Origin: Styela clava
Lineage: Eukaryota
DNA: 64,000 nucleotides
Assembly: GCF_964204865.1 (NCBI RefSeq)
Contig: NC_135257.1
Coordinates: 23,746,001 to 23,810,000 of the forward strand
Direction: 5' to 3'
Below the pieces are notes generated by a model, which saw only the letters and a list, made by a program, of their open reading frames with translations, was not told the DNA's origin and made no database searches. A program made the position numbers and the translations under genes. This document shows, one piece after another, positions 40,690 to 53,624 of this stretch. The stretch's first letter is position 1. Every line of letters begins with the position of its first letter.

Positions 40690-40845
40690 ACTAGACAGTT
40701 ATTGGTTTCAGAAGCGTGGACTTGAGTGTGGAGAAAGGCGCAAGCGACCAGCGGTAACCACCCTACGTTGGCGACGAGTCCAGCAATTGTCGCACGTAAT
40801 TATCTTCCACGAGATTCGAACTAACGCAAGGCAATCAGAGGAGCC
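40690..40845 (-). mobile_element. SINE fragment (same family as 43522)
   Basis: Reverse-complement match: cagaagcgtggacttga...ccagcggtaaccaccctacg...gagattcgaac. Confidence 0.7.
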
Positions 40846-41906
40846 ATAGCAAGCGCATTCCTAACGATTAGTACGATGCGCCATAATATTCTCATTTTGC
40901 AAACTAATAAATATTTCGCTTCCGCATGTCAACCGCCAAGAGGTTCCGCGTATAGTGGCCGCTAGATCCAAGCTATGTACTACTGGGCCGAATTTGTACA
41001 TTGGCGGCAGCGCGGGGTCGCGAACCTATAAACAATTTCCTCGTTAAACTTTAAACCATGCTATAACGAAACTGCAACTCCTATTTTTGTGTTAATTATA
41101 ACTCGCGTTCGGCAAACAAACTGCATTCAACTTGACATGTCCTTCCGCTTATTACTACAAAACAAACTATGCACAACAACCATTGTTAAGGCATACATCC
41201 GTGCGCGGATTATAATAAATTTTATATTTTGTGTATTAAAAATGAGGTCGTTCGGGGGCCGCGGTTTTACGGGCACTGCTCTAGAAAATCGTATCCACCA
41301 CACTTGAGGTCCTTTACCCGCCAAATAAAAAATGTAATTGTTCCAGAATAAACTCTGTAATAATAGGTACTAAATTTATTCGAATAAAGAATTCGCGAAA
41401 AAAATAAATATTGAAAAATCATCGAAAGATACGAACTTTAGTGGAGGCGTTTCTGGCTTAATCAGACAGTTACAGATATATTAGAGAAAAGAATATTGTC
41501 AGAATTTACAATACAATAGGTGTGATTTTCGAACAGGATTCCACCACCACAGTTCAGGGTTCCACAAGTTTAAATTCAAATCCAAAAGTCTGGATCATCA
41601 TATGTATATTGTTTATATATACTCAGATACACGGGCATACCATAATCATTGAATAAGATTGTTTCGCTGGTGTTTTGAGAAATACTTCCAGGTGTTCCAC
41701 GTCAAATTGTTGTTTCACATTTTTTTAGCATATTTTATGAAATAGATATACACATAATAAATTGAACATAGGTTTCTCGAGCCCATGGAGTGATTGGTTG
41801 GGGCTCTGCTCCATCAAAAAGGTTGAAAACGTAATTAGGAGATCATGAGCTTGGAATGAAAGAAGGCTTCAAGTAGTTCAATAAAAGTAATTCATACGGA
41901 CCTGAG

Positions 41907-42073
41907 CAGTGATGGAATTCAGCCGATTCGCACCGGTTCTATAGAAACGTCTCACAGAATTTTATGAGATTAGCGAACCAGTTAGCATTACTAATAAAAA
42001 AAGGGAGAAAACCAGCCGAAAAATATGACTTTTGTAGTGGAACGGCTGACAAAAAATTCGAATCCCACCACTG
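41907..42073. mobile_element. Small hAT MITE just downstream of the TENT2 stop
   Basis: CAGTGATGGAATTC / GAATCCCACCACTG; perfect TSD GACCTGAG. Confidence 0.85.
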
Positions 42074-42483
42074 GACCTGAGTACTTGATTTGTGAATGAA
42101 CCAAACTTGTGGATCAAAGAAATATTATGTTTATCCGGCCATTTATGTTCTTAATATTGTCCAATTCAAACATTATTGTGACTGCTGGGGTCGCACGCAA
42201 ATGGACTAGGAAGTAAACAAGGGCGAGGGGTGATGATTACTCCTGTTGGCTTGCCAGAACTGTTGGTTAGTCAATGGACAGACTAAAGCAAACTATCTTT
42301 ATTTTTATAATTGATATGGTATTATTCTTGTAACTGCTGTCGCATGTTAGGTCAAAAGTGTCAGCAAACAAGTGCTTAAAGTGGTTCAACCACCCCAACT
42401 CTATGTACTGTATTACTGTCCAGATATGAGTACTTTTTGTTAAGAACTCCAATCTTAGAACTGCTGTTCTGAATCCACCTCTG

Positions 42484-42589
42484 TCATGAATCATCATCAA
42501 GCACAATAACGTTATTCTTTAACCTTGGTGAAACTCCTTCCAATAAATGTTCAAGACCTTTGCCTCGTTGTAGAATTCGGTTTGCCGAT
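42484..42589 (-). CDS. TENT2: TENT2 last coding exon
   Basis: Acceptor ttacttcccacag; SANRILQRGKGLEHLLEGVSPRLKNNVIVLDDDS*. Confidence 0.8.
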
Positions 42590-45500
42590 CTGTGGGAAGT
42601 AAATGACAACTTTTCAATCAGAAGCCTTTATTCAAGATCTGGAATGATTGTGAAATTCTGATGACTGCATGACTTGTGGAGATCCATAAATCGCTAACTG
42701 TACATTCAATTTCTGATATTTGTGTTGATAAACTCACCCAATGTTACAGACTATATGATACAAGTCAAACAGCACCATGTACAGACACTTACTAGCTCAC
42801 AAGTGAGCAACCAGCTACATACATGAAGTTAATGCCTATGGCCACTGTGTGCCTTGCATTAACAACAAATGTTTTATTCATATTTTTGAACTAACTTCCC
42901 AAAGCCTGAAGCCAAAATCGTAATTTTGAATGATTCAGAGAGAAACTATAGAAGATTATAATCAATACCAAGATGTTCGAAAAAAATTCGAAGAGCAATG
43001 ACTGAGTATTTTCAACAAGCAATCAACGCATGACCAGGTGTTCAATAACAAAAATTTGTTTGGAGTTCAGAGACAGGGTCAGAGTAAATCATTCAGCCTT
43101 TTGGTCATGCCTAAGAGCAGAAGTCAAAACCAACCTGAATTGTCCGATAATTCGTTCGGCTGTGAGGTCCTGGTGCACAGCTCGTGCAGTGTTTGTTAAA
43201 TCAAACGGTTCTTCTATCTTTATCATTCTGCCCCATTCCTTACCAGTTGACATAATTTCATCTATGTACAGGGCCTGCAATAGGACTCGAAGTCAGTCTT
43301 GAAATATTTACTTTAAATTTACTAGGACTCAATTAGTACTGCAGGGACTTGTATCCAACACTGGCAATTAGATGAAGTCACAGATTAAACATTTCTTGCA
43401 CAAAACCTTGGCAAGATTATAATTAATAATTGCAATGTATATAAAAATTCGTTGGCTCAAACTTATGCTGAAATGCCGAGGGCTACTAAAATAGGTAGAA
43501 GCATGGTGTTGGTACTCACTCGTCGTGGCGGTGTGGCTCATCGTGCTAAGCGTTAGGAATACGCTCGCCGCCGCACCTCTGATTACTCTGCGTGAGTTTG
43601 CAGGTTCGAATCCCATGCAGGGATGAATATGTGCAAGAAGATTGCTGGAATCCTCGCCGTCGTAGGGTGGTTCACGTAACCGCTGGTCCGTTATGGCTTC
43701 CTCCACCATCAAGTCCATGCTTCGGAAAAACAAATACCTAACTAATCCTATACCCGACATGAAATGGTAACCGGACGAGAGGCCGTGGTTCGCCATATGG
43801 TTAAGCCGCCATATGGTTAAGCCGCCATATGGTTAAGCCGTCTTATGGTTAAGCCGTCTTATCGACTTTTCTCTCCCCGGGATAAATATGAAAACCCACT
43901 CAGAAGTAAAGGAGACTCAGTTACAGGAGACCGCTGAAACGCCAAGGGCTATATTGAAATATGAAGTGGAATTGCATGCCTTTAGAGCCAGTTGGCATGA
44001 CTGCCATGTGATTAAGCAGTACGACTGGGTTTTAATTTACATGGAGGTGGATGAATAAGTACTTTGTTTCATATATTTGGGATTGTTTGAGGTTCGGTTA
44101 TTTTTACTCCCGAATTTTCATGTTTGATATAGTTGAACTATGTATCTCTAAAGAAATTTGACAATGGTAAGGCGGAACGTTACTGAAATATATTTGTGTT
44201 AGTGTGCAGCAAGAATCACATAGGATAGTTATCTTCAATCTTGCTACAGCATCCTTGCATTAAACGAATGAGAATCCACCAGCACAAGAGCATAGAAGAA
44301 ATATAAGTAGTAAGTCCTATAGCATTAGTTTTTAAAAACTGTTATTTTTTCAGACAATAACAAAGTTCAAAATAAATGTTTTCCAACTAACTCAGGGTCA
44401 CTCACCTTCCCAAGTCTCACTGACATCACTTGGATTTCAAAATCAAAAGTTTCCGCAAAATATTCGAAAAATTTCTTCAGAAGTTGAGAAAGATTCATCA
44501 AGTTTTCTGATCGATACGGTTTCACTCTGTAAATAAGGAAATGGATTTCATTTTTTATCTCAGGAAAAGAAAGACTTAATCATAGAATAGAATGTACATA
44601 TTTTGCCTGGCGAGTAGAAAGCAGATGGGACGACTTAAGCATATATAGAACCTTGGCCTCTTACTTGGTTGCCATTCCATATCGTGTAAGGAATTAGTTA
44701 ACCAGTTATTTGTTTCAGATGCATGAACTTGATGGAGGACCAACCAGTAGTTACATGAACCACCATACAGTGGAGATGAGTCCAGCAAATCTTGTCGCAC
44801 ATAATTATCCCTCGCTACATTCAATTCTGTGAACCCACTTAGTTCTATTACTAGTCCGAACTATCTGTGTTAGTCAGGTTAGCCCCCTGCCCATAGGTTT
44901 CAGTCCCTTTACACAACTTGATGTAAAGTAGGCGAACAAAAGTAGTTACCTCCGTATTCGTACACACACTTCTGAAGCACCATTAATAAAACTGGCCACG
45001 AGTCGCAAGACCAATGCAAAGATTGAATATGTGTTTTGTGATCACTAGCAATATCTCTGTTGAACAGGATCCGATTCAAAACCCTCCTGGTACTACACAT
45101 TTAAATTTTTCTCCAAATTGTTTTCAGAAGAGTCAATTTGACTGAATTTCCTGGATAAAACAAAGTTTGCAAAAAACTCACCGATCTCCATGTGAACCGA
45201 CATTCATGACAGGAGTTGTCGGCCGAAACAATTCCGGATATTTTACTTGCAAACTTGGTAGAACCGGGGGATCCATGCCACACTGTCAGAAATAAAACAA
45301 CTCGATTTTAAGCAAAGTGTAATCAGACACTATTCGTTGTGTGCAAGTGTGGGAGCTCCCGAAATTTATATCAAGTTGGCACACATACTTCAGGAGTGCC
45401 AAAATTTGTATAGAACAAGTCTAACAGACTAGAAAAAAATACAAAAACAATACAGAATTCTAAAATTATGCAATTTTATGCAAGATTTGTGCTATCGATT

Positions 45501-48500
45501 GGACTTGTACAAGACTAACTACTCATCTTTCTTTTACGCTTTTGTGCCGGTGATTCCATATGTTTATGAGGCAAGGATGCTGTAGCAAGAGTGAAGATGA
45601 CTAATCTATGGAATTCAAGAGTCATCTACCTGAAGGAAGTGAACGACCATTAGAACGAGAGAATAACTGTTCATGGTTCCTTGGCTGGCGTCGTTGATTT
45701 TACGTTGGTGGGCCCATTCCTTGATGATGAGTGCCAGGGGTTGAACTCTGAATAAGAGATAAAATATCAGTAAGAATCAGAAGCCGGGATGCGAAGATTA
45801 GCTTCAAACATGTTTTCACTGGTGTCTGAATCCTTATTCTCAAACTTCCCAAAGTCAAAGTCAGAATTTTGATTTGCTAAAGGTCAGAATTCTGATTTGC
45901 TAAAGGTCAGAATCCCAGGAACTCAATAGAGATGAAATATGTCTTAACTTCACCACAAAAGCATTAATTATACTAAGCGTTCCTAGCAGTCTTAGCTTGC
46001 ATATCCAAATTTTTGCATTCCGGCCAGTGGATCACCATCAAATTTGTTACTTTTTGGGTCAGGTGGTGGGCATGACATTCCAACCTGTGATTGCAACACA
46101 GACACTAGTTATGAATAGATAAGAATGGAATCCATCTCATTTATCTCGGATTGAATCCAATACGCCAGGGTCGGCCAACCTTTTTGGCCGACGAGCCATA
46201 TTTAGTTTACTATTAATTGCGCGGGCCACATGGTAATTATGTTCTAGTTTTGCTACACTGACTAAAAGTTAATGAAAAAACAAACAAAACCCTTGCACTA
46301 AACTTTTTCAATAATAAGAACAATAAAAAAATGAAAATACAGTGAAGTCAACAAAGTTTTTTTCTACACGTAGATATTTTAGTGTGAAGTTTGGCACTGT
46401 TTTTCGCTAACAAGTTTGTCAATATTTGCTGAGATGGACGATGTAGCAATGCGAAGCGAATTTTCCATATGACTGTCAGAAATTAGTGATTTCGCAGGGG
46501 ATTTGACATGGTTCATCTGTAAAAAAACTTATTTGTACAAGTAAGTGCTGCCAAATAATGGGGTCATTAAAACTGCCATCCTGCCCAAGGGTGTAAGCGA
46601 ATATTTATGTATCGATATCTTCCAGTTGGTTTCTATTCCAAATGGCACTCATGGCTCGTTTGAAAGGGCCAGCAGAGCGCATTTCAGGAGAATGAACAAA
46701 TTGTTTGTATCAAATCTTCATATTAACTACATCACTCGAAAAATAGAAGTTTTACTCCTTTTTTTATTTAATTCCGAAAATACAGCGAGGGCCACTCGGA
46801 ACTCCTTGGCGGGCCACGGGTTGGACGACACTGCAATACGCTAACTATCGGCCCCATAGCTCCCCCTCAGAGCATTCAAAAACCTTTTCTTCTGTCTAGT
46901 AGAGGGTCGAGTGCTAACTCTGGTCACTTACTCTTGGCCTAACATTTTTCAACATGGTAATACTTCAATCATCAAGAAAGTTAAAATCGCGAAATTAACA
47001 TTTGAATTTGCAAATTTGACGCTTCACTTGACAATGGCGAAGACGCCGTGCAAAATTATTTATGCATTCAAAGAAATTAGTTCTTCACAAGACACGATCG
47101 GAAACTTACCTCGGATCCAACATGGCGTATCGTTTCATCAACTCAGTGTTTCTGACTCCGGTCAAATTATTAACGTTTACGTCGCATTCCATCCCGGAAT
47201 ATGAATCCGTGAACTTCAGTATAGGGACCTGAAAAAGGAAGTGGCCGCATAATCTTACTGCACACTAGCATAAATCTGTATGCATATGATGCAAGGATGC
47301 TGAAGCAAGAGTAAGGAAGATTATCTATGTTATTCAAGAGTTTTGTTGCACACAAAAACAACATTTTCCTTTGAATGCAATCTTATTTCAACTGCTACAG
47401 CATCCTTGCATTATATGCATATGAATGCATTAGTCGTCTGAGACATAGAAAAACGAATAAGTAGTTAGTGCCAAATAACACCAATTGCTCAGGGGCTGGG
47501 CTTTGGAGTTATTCCCACAGAAATACCAAAACCAACTCATCTATCTTGTTGTGCTAGTGGATCTGTATACTTATCATGGGAGGATGCTTCAGCAAGAGTA
47601 AATAGGACTATTCTCATAAATTCCATAGTCTTGTTTCTGACTGATATATTTCAGTAATGTTAAGACTGGATGAGGTTGACTTCTTCAGACAAACATATTT
47701 AATTACAGCAGCAACGTTGCATTATACACATACGTATTCACCAGTGCAAATATATAAGAATGAATAGCTGGTACAGGAATACATTTGCGCATTAATAATA
47801 TACAGTGATCGGTTCTCCCATAGTGTGTGTACCAGCTACCAGGCAATAGTTTTATTCTGATTTTCCCTATTTTTTAGTTCTATTACGAAGTATGTTACAC
47901 TGAAACCTTCTGAGCATATTGTAATTATATTAGATTGGACAGTAGTTTGCAACAACCTCAGTGGCCACTTACCTTTGCTGGTATAACCTGCAACATGCGA
48001 GCAAATGGTGCTTTTCTGAGTAGCTGTTGAACCTCGTATAATGTTCTCATCACTCTACGCCGATTCTGTAGGAGACAAAACTGATGTTAGAAGATAGGTG
48101 AATATATGGGATGTTTTCTCAGGTTCAAACAAGGCTGTACATGAGCACCCACTTCCCATAGACCTAACAACTCAACTAATATCGTCTTGACAAGATTATA
48201 GACACACATTCGAATAATTTTTTTTATTCTACTCTTATGGTGGCAGGAATGCTTGAAATGAGATGTTTCGTTACATAACTTCTCCAGACAAAACAAGATA
48301 TGACTTATGCTATAACCCAAACAAATACATTTGCTATTTCCTGTTATTCCTATTTATCACTCTAATACTATCTTGTTCAAGCATCCTTGCACCGAAGTAA
48401 AATTGAAATAGTTTATGTTTTGATTTTGGTTAGTGCCTCATGTCCATTTTTAGGTTTGTGTAATATATGATTTACAAAATCGAGATTTAATCAAAACCTC

Positions 48501-51500
48501 AATATGAGATATAAGCTAATATGGTTTATCTGCAGCGACATAGCACTTTAACAATAGGCAATATCCTAGAATTCTCAAATTATCAGTGGTTTTGAAATGA
48601 TATTCTGGATATTTACATGGTATCCACGTATTTTCAGCGCTTTTGTTTTGAATAAAACATACTTTTGCCTTACTATCTATAATTTGCAGCATATTGTTAC
48701 TATTTGTTAGCTAGTTATTTTTAAGATGGTGCGTGTGACTTGACAAATTCTGAGAAGGGGGCGCGACTTGAAAGATTTGAACACAACTTGATTATTTTTC
48801 AGCTGTCATATCTCTGGATAATAATAGAAACGTAAAGACATACCGCTAGCTTTTCCTGATATTTATCAATGATGAGACAGAAGTCGGCATCACTTGTGAT
48901 TCTACCAAATCCATTGATAGAAGAACCAACAAGTACTAACTTGCAATCTTTTCCTGATGTTCGATTGATCGCGTTCTCAAGAGCCTGAAAAAATGTGAAA
49001 GTTTTAGCCTAGAAATATAGCTGTAATTTTTATGTGTTTAATCAGGCTTTTCGATACATACAAGACAAGCAGCAAATAAAAACTATCGATACAGAAGATC
49101 TAAAAATTTTGATAAATAATAATTAGTTATATATATCCTTGTGTGACGTCGACGTGTCTTTGAGAAAAAATATAATATTGATTTGCAGCAAACCCTCTGC
49201 CTATCAGTAAGTATACTGTGTCAGTCAGTATCTATGGGAACAATGCCATGGTTAGACATAATAAATATGTTGTCATCACAGGCTAAAAAACTTGGATTCT
49301 AATTCCATACCCACAGGCCACAACCCCACCCATTGTTGTAATAAGTCTATAAGAAAATTTGAACCTGAAAGCTCCTTACTAGGGCTGTCCAAAACCGAGC
49401 GAGAGTGGTCTAAGCTCGAAGCGCCGCCGCTTGCCCGATAAAAAACGTCCTGCAAAGGTGGTTTCCGCTTTCTGTACCTAATTTTAGTGATTGAAAATTA
49501 GCCGGTAATCGATTTGAATAAGTTGCGATTCGATTTCGAATATTTGGTTCGCTTGGACAGCCCTACTCCTCACCTGCCATGTTTCTCCGAAAATAAGACA
49601 GGGTTTTATTTCAATTTTCTTATGAAATATAACACTGGGGATTATTTTCGGGGATGTCTTCTACTCTCATTTATCCAAAACGAAATTACAAAGTAGAGAA
49701 TTACGAGATTTTTAAATATACGAAATATGAAAACTGATCAACTAGGTCTTATTTTAATGGGAGAGCTAATATTGAAATCATTTTTGAGATTTAGGCTAGG
49801 TCTTAGTTTCGGAGAAACATGGTATCAGAAACGGCTTCATATACAGTGCCCGATTCAGAGTAAAAAAAAAGCATGACCAAGCGTTGTAAATGTCGCTCAC
49901 TTCAATTTCTTGACCCTATATCTTTGTTACATGACAAATCTATTCTTCTTAAAGTTAGGACACATTCCAATCCATACAGACTCACCGATTGCAGTTGTTG
50001 CTTTTTCTTCAAAAAATTTTCTTCTTGTCTGTTTTTCATGTAAAACTGATGAATTTGTTCAGAAAACTAAATAAAACAAACTCAGTAAGTAAAAAAACGA
50101 AACATTGAAACAAAAAAACTAGCAAAAAGCAATGACCTTGTATCGCCGTACTAAAATGAAAGTAGCTCTTGTCACAAATTTTAAAAAATGAAATTTTTGA
50201 TCTGTTATTATACAATTAGTGAAATCTTTAAGTCTGGATTTCAAACTATAATTGTTCAAGTTTTGATTTTAGGTTGAACACTAAGTATATTTTCGCACTG
50301 GACTGTACGAATCTAAGAATTATGAAAATGTGTTTTTTTCAAAACCTTGAAAGGTGGCATAGGCTACTTTGATTCTATGTCGAGATAATCGCATTTGCAA
50401 CCCTGGGACGATGTTCATGACCTCGAGTTTTCTCATTAGTAAACATTGTATAACATAATACTTGTCATTTTGAATGTTTGATGCATTTTTTAAAAGTGAG
50501 ATAAGGTTTTTATGGGAGAGCAGGGGTATTGACAGCATTTAAATGAAGGTAACTCGAAGGTCATGTAAGTTTGAGAACACTGGAATAAACACTTTAGTAC
50601 TCACTGAGTCAGATATAAATAATCTTCTTGTCTCTCGCAATGAGAAAGGTTCCAAGGATTCAGGTTTATTGTGGTTTTGGTCATAAGATGCATCTTCTAG
50701 TCTGACATGTTTCCTGGGGGGTTCTAAAATAATTAAAGAAAAGTTTGAATGTAACATACTATCCTGGTTCACCACATATCCATAGTGTAGGTGCTGCACT
50801 GGCAATATTCCAACTTTTAATAAAAAAAAGCCCCTTTCGTATAGTTAAAAGCTGTGGTAAAATGATTGATTCAAGGCAGATAATCAGTACCGGTATGTGT
50901 AATTAGGATACTGAACCGAATCGTTACTAATATATGAATATGCACATGCTTGGAACTGTGACAATTAGTAACATTTGGTGGTATATAGAACACAAAAAGA
51001 AAAAGCATGAAATGTTTAGCGCTTCAGAAATATGTTCCAATATGGAGGTAACTAATTTTGTTCGCCTACTTTACATCAAGTTGTGTAAAACGACTGAAAC
51101 CCATGGACAGAGGGTATATTCACTTGGCTATCACAGACAGTCAAGAACTCGTAATAGATTTAAAATAAAAAAGAATAAAATTATGGCCTAACCCGAACCT
51201 GGTACACATACTACGGATGTACCAAATGGTAATAATGTCATTTCAATGCTGTGGGCCATATTAAACCGTCAGTCGGGCCGTATTTGGCCCGCGGTTTGGG
51301 AACCCCTGATTTAGTGGATTACCCTGGTGGTTCAGGAGTTTCACTATGTTGGCATTGTAGGTTCAGATATCGAATTAAAACCTTATCAAGGCTTTGGGAA
51401 TTTAAAAATCCAAAAGTTTTGTCTCTTCCAACTAATTTGTAACTTCTCACATATCATTAGCTGCTTCTAAAAGGCCTTGTTCAGAGTGAAAGACATGATA

Positions 51501-53468
51501 AGCGTTGTATCTTGAATGTCCAATAATTCATAGCAACTTACCATTGGCATCAAGGCTTATGAAATCAGGTGCTGTTTCAGAAAAAACCTTTCGTTTCAAA
51601 CCCTGTAAATACAAAGTCATAATTGAGTAGACAGTACAATAACTCAACTAATACAGCATTTTTACTGATTGTATTGATATTATTAACTGCTTCCAATGCT
51701 GTTGTTGGTTACGGCTTTCTTCATCAAGTCTATGTAAGTAAGACAATAACCTGGTGAACTATTTTCATACACAACATGACTGGATAAGAGGCCATGGTAA
51801 GACATAATGATAAAAATGTCTGACCACTTTAACTTTTACTAGGATAAATATAGAATTTCTTACAACAAAAAACTGAAATACACTGTTTGATTGACTTTAT
51901 AGATAGGAAAGTTGATTGGTTAAAATTAAAGAGTTGCATATAACTTTCTCTAATACAGTGTTCATCAAACTTATTTCATCACAATCCCTTTGGCACAGCC
52001 AAATTATTTCACAACCCTCTGGAACTTTAATGAGACAGGTGTGCTCGCACAAAAGGTCGAATCTTGGCTCTATTTTGGTAATTTTGGCTCTTAGTGCTGA
52101 TTTCAAACCTCCCATATTTCATAAATATTTTGTTTCAACATTAGTTAGTGTCGAAAAAGACTTTTCGCACAGATAAGATGAGGCAAAAGGAGTAAGTAAC
52201 TAAGTATGGTTAATTCTGGCAATATTTGACCCCTTTTGCGACCTACTGGGAAGTCAAAACTCCCACTCTGTAGAGTCCCCTCTTCCAACATACTGTTGAT
52301 AAGGAAACAAGCATGACTGATACCTTTATTTTTTGTTCATTCTGAGAAGACACATTCCCTGGTTTAACTGATTTGTCAAAGTAACGTTTCTTAGATCCAA
52401 CAGCTTGTGTGGTTTGGTGATGGGTTGGGGCTTTGGTCCGATGAAGGTCTGAGAACCTCATTGGCAATGGTGCGCTGTATGTAGGCTTCCTGAATAGAAT
52501 AACACGTTAGAATAAAGTGAATGTTTCAAAATTTCAAGATATAGGTATGAGATTATCGCTATATAAGAAACGGTACGAAAGTACCGGTAATAATTATTTT
52601 TTTTATTACGACACTCTTCAAACTCTTCTTTCTGACTGAGCAAGCTTCTATTTATGAGAAACTATTTTTGAACAATCTACTTTGGAATGTAGCTGTATCA
52701 GAATAGCAATTACGTCAACTATCCTGTGATATATTGATTTTGCCCAACACCTCTTTCAAGGATGTAATAAATCGAGAAGGCAATATACATACAGCTACTG
52801 TATATACATATCTTGGGTCTCCTGAAATACGCGCCGTGAAGTACTTAGCATAACAATTTCATTATTATAATATTCCTAACCCCCATTTGAGTACGTCACC
52901 AAAAATTACATCACTGCGACGTCACAATCACGTCATAGAGCTTGCTAAAGTATAGCTACGATCGTCCGAAATAGAGTCTGGGATGACTGTAATGAACTCG
53001 TCAGCGACCTCTCTCTTATCGGTATAGTCTCGACAAGAAAAATAGCTGGCTCGATTTCGGATGATGATTCAGGTTAGGTTACCTAGGTATGACTTATGCA
53101 AAAATTGTTGAGCCAGGCCAACTATAAGTACGTGCGGCGTGTACTTCAGGAGACCCCAAATCTTTATAGCTAATAAATTGTAATTAATATGTAATAAATT
53201 GAGTTGATTAGAAAAATGAAGATATTGTTAGACAATGCCAGTGACCGCATGTACAGTTCAGAGAAAAAATTGGGATAAGCGGAATATAGGATTTCAACAG
53301 TTGGTTGAACAATGAAGAAACCATTTCTTACCTTGGAGGAGCAGGTCGTTTTCTTTGAACAGAATATTGTTGGAAGTGACTGTGAGAAGGCTGTGGTTGG
53401 GTGAAGTTGAATACTAATGAGTCATCGTATGGAGAATGGAAGCCTGGTATGTAAGGTCGCCTATTCAT
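42484..53468 (-). CDS. TENT2: Gene B: poly(A) RNA polymerase GLD-2 / terminal nucleotidyltransferase 2 homologue, 13 coding exons, 500 aa
   Basis: complement(join(42484-42589,43135-43274,44406-44526,45182-45282,45630-45747,47110-47228,47973-48065,48844-48984,49986-50066,50605-50723,51542-51602,52324-52489,53332-53468)) = 1503 nt. Motifs VGSSINGFG..SDADFCL, AKVPILKF, CDVNVNN..GVRNT, IKEWA...INDASQGTMNSYSLVLMVVHFLQ, IEEPFDLTNTARAVH match GLD-2/PAPD4. Confidence 0.92.
43135..43274 (-). CDS. TENT2: TENT2 coding exon 12 (nucleotide recognition motif)
   Basis: IKIEEPFDLTNTARAVHQ...IIGQFR. Confidence 0.92.
43522..43895 (+). mobile_element. tRNA-derived SINE, near full length
   Basis: A box TGGCTCATCGTG (43534), B box GGTTCGAATCCC (43603-43614), internal 16-bp tandem repeat 43791-43862. 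Diverged copies at 40690-40845(-), 44625-44840(-), about 51700-51850(+), 58032-58240(+), and 59908-59954/63588-63745(-). Confidence 0.85.
44406..44526 (-). CDS. TENT2: TENT2 coding exon 11 (PAP-associated domain)
   Basis: YRSENLMNLSQLLKKFFEYFAETFDFEIQVMSVRLGK. Confidence 0.93.
44625..44840 (-). mobile_element. SINE fragment (same family as 43522)
   Basis: Reverse-complement match to the SINE body. Confidence 0.7.
45182..45282 (-). CDS. TENT2: TENT2 coding exon 10
   Basis: CGMDPPVLPSLQVKYPELF... Confidence 0.92.
45630..45747 (-). CDS. TENT2: TENT2 coding exon 9
   Basis: VQPLALIIKEWAHQRKINDASQGTMNSYSLVLMVVHFLQ. Confidence 0.95.
46166..46833 (-). mobile_element. Second, inverted copy of the same hAT derivative, in a TENT2 intron
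   Basis: Highly similar to 34378-35060; perfect TSD CAATACGC. Confidence 0.92.
47110..47228 (-). CDS. TENT2: TENT2 coding exon 8 (third catalytic Asp)
   Basis: VPILKFTDSYSGMECDVNVNNLTGVRNTELMKRYAMLDPR. Confidence 0.95.
47973..48065 (-). CDS. TENT2: TENT2 coding exon 7
   Basis: NRRRVMRTLYEVQQLLRKAPFARMLQVIPAK. Confidence 0.92.
48844..48984 (-). CDS. TENT2: TENT2 coding exon 6 (catalytic GS..DxD)
   Basis: LVLVGSSINGFGRITSDADFCLII. Confidence 0.95.
49577..49822. mobile_element. Tc1/pogo-type MITE
   Basis: TIR CCATGTTTCTCCGAAA / TTTCGGAGAAACATGG followed by TA. Confidence 0.75.
49986..50066 (-). CDS. TENT2: TENT2 coding exon 5
   Basis: FSEQIHQFYMKNRQEENFLKKKQQLQS (helix preceding the NTase domain). 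Confidence 0.88.
50605..50723 (-). CDS. TENT2: TENT2 coding exon 4
   Basis: EPPRKHVRLEDASYDQ...RRLFISDS. Confidence 0.8.
50985..51225 (-). repeat. Abundant interspersed repeat (GGTACTCCCGTAGTATGTGTACCAGG family)
   Basis: Related pieces at about 740-895, 1888-2011, 23989-24120, 44860-44975, 47810-47890. Confidence 0.75.
51542..51602 (-). CDS. TENT2: TENT2 coding exon 3
   Basis: GLKRKVFSETAPDFISLDAN; AG and GTAAGT boundaries. Confidence 0.75.
52035..52290 (-). pseudogene. hAT (Buster/ZBED5-like) transposase dimerisation-domain remnant in TENT2 intron 2
   Basis: PFASSYLCEKSFSTLTNVETKY...LKSALRAKITKIEPRFDLLC with stops and frameshifts. Confidence 0.75.
52324..52489 (-). CDS. TENT2: TENT2 coding exon 2
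   Basis: KPTYSAPLPMRFSDLHRT...NEQKIK; phase 2 to 0. Confidence 0.75.
52816..53156. mobile_element. MITE of the GGT(A)CTCCTGAAGT family
   Basis: TIR GGGTCTCCTGAAATACGCGCCG / CGGCGTGTACTTCAGGAGACCC; small relative at 26809-26932. Confidence 0.7.
53332..53468 (-). CDS. TENT2: TENT2 coding exon 1
   Basis: MNRRPYIPGFHSPYDDSLVFNFTQPQ...RKRPAPP; upstream acceptor at 53493-53494; donor GTAAGA. Confidence 0.75.
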
Positions 53469-53624
53469 CTTAGTATACTTTAAAAATACTATCTGAATAA
53501 ATTACAATTTATCAAACATATTTTAATAATCTTGTAACATCAAAAATTAACTATGGCTGAATTGGTATCGCAAGAAAACTCAATCTTTGCTAAATTATAC
53601 TGCCAAATTACGGGACGTCCGAGC

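Noticed and set aside
43527-43616. Possible tRNA gene (A and B boxes)
   Set aside because: It continues into a ~280-bp body repeated elsewhere in the window and has no clean cloverleaf; it is a SINE head.
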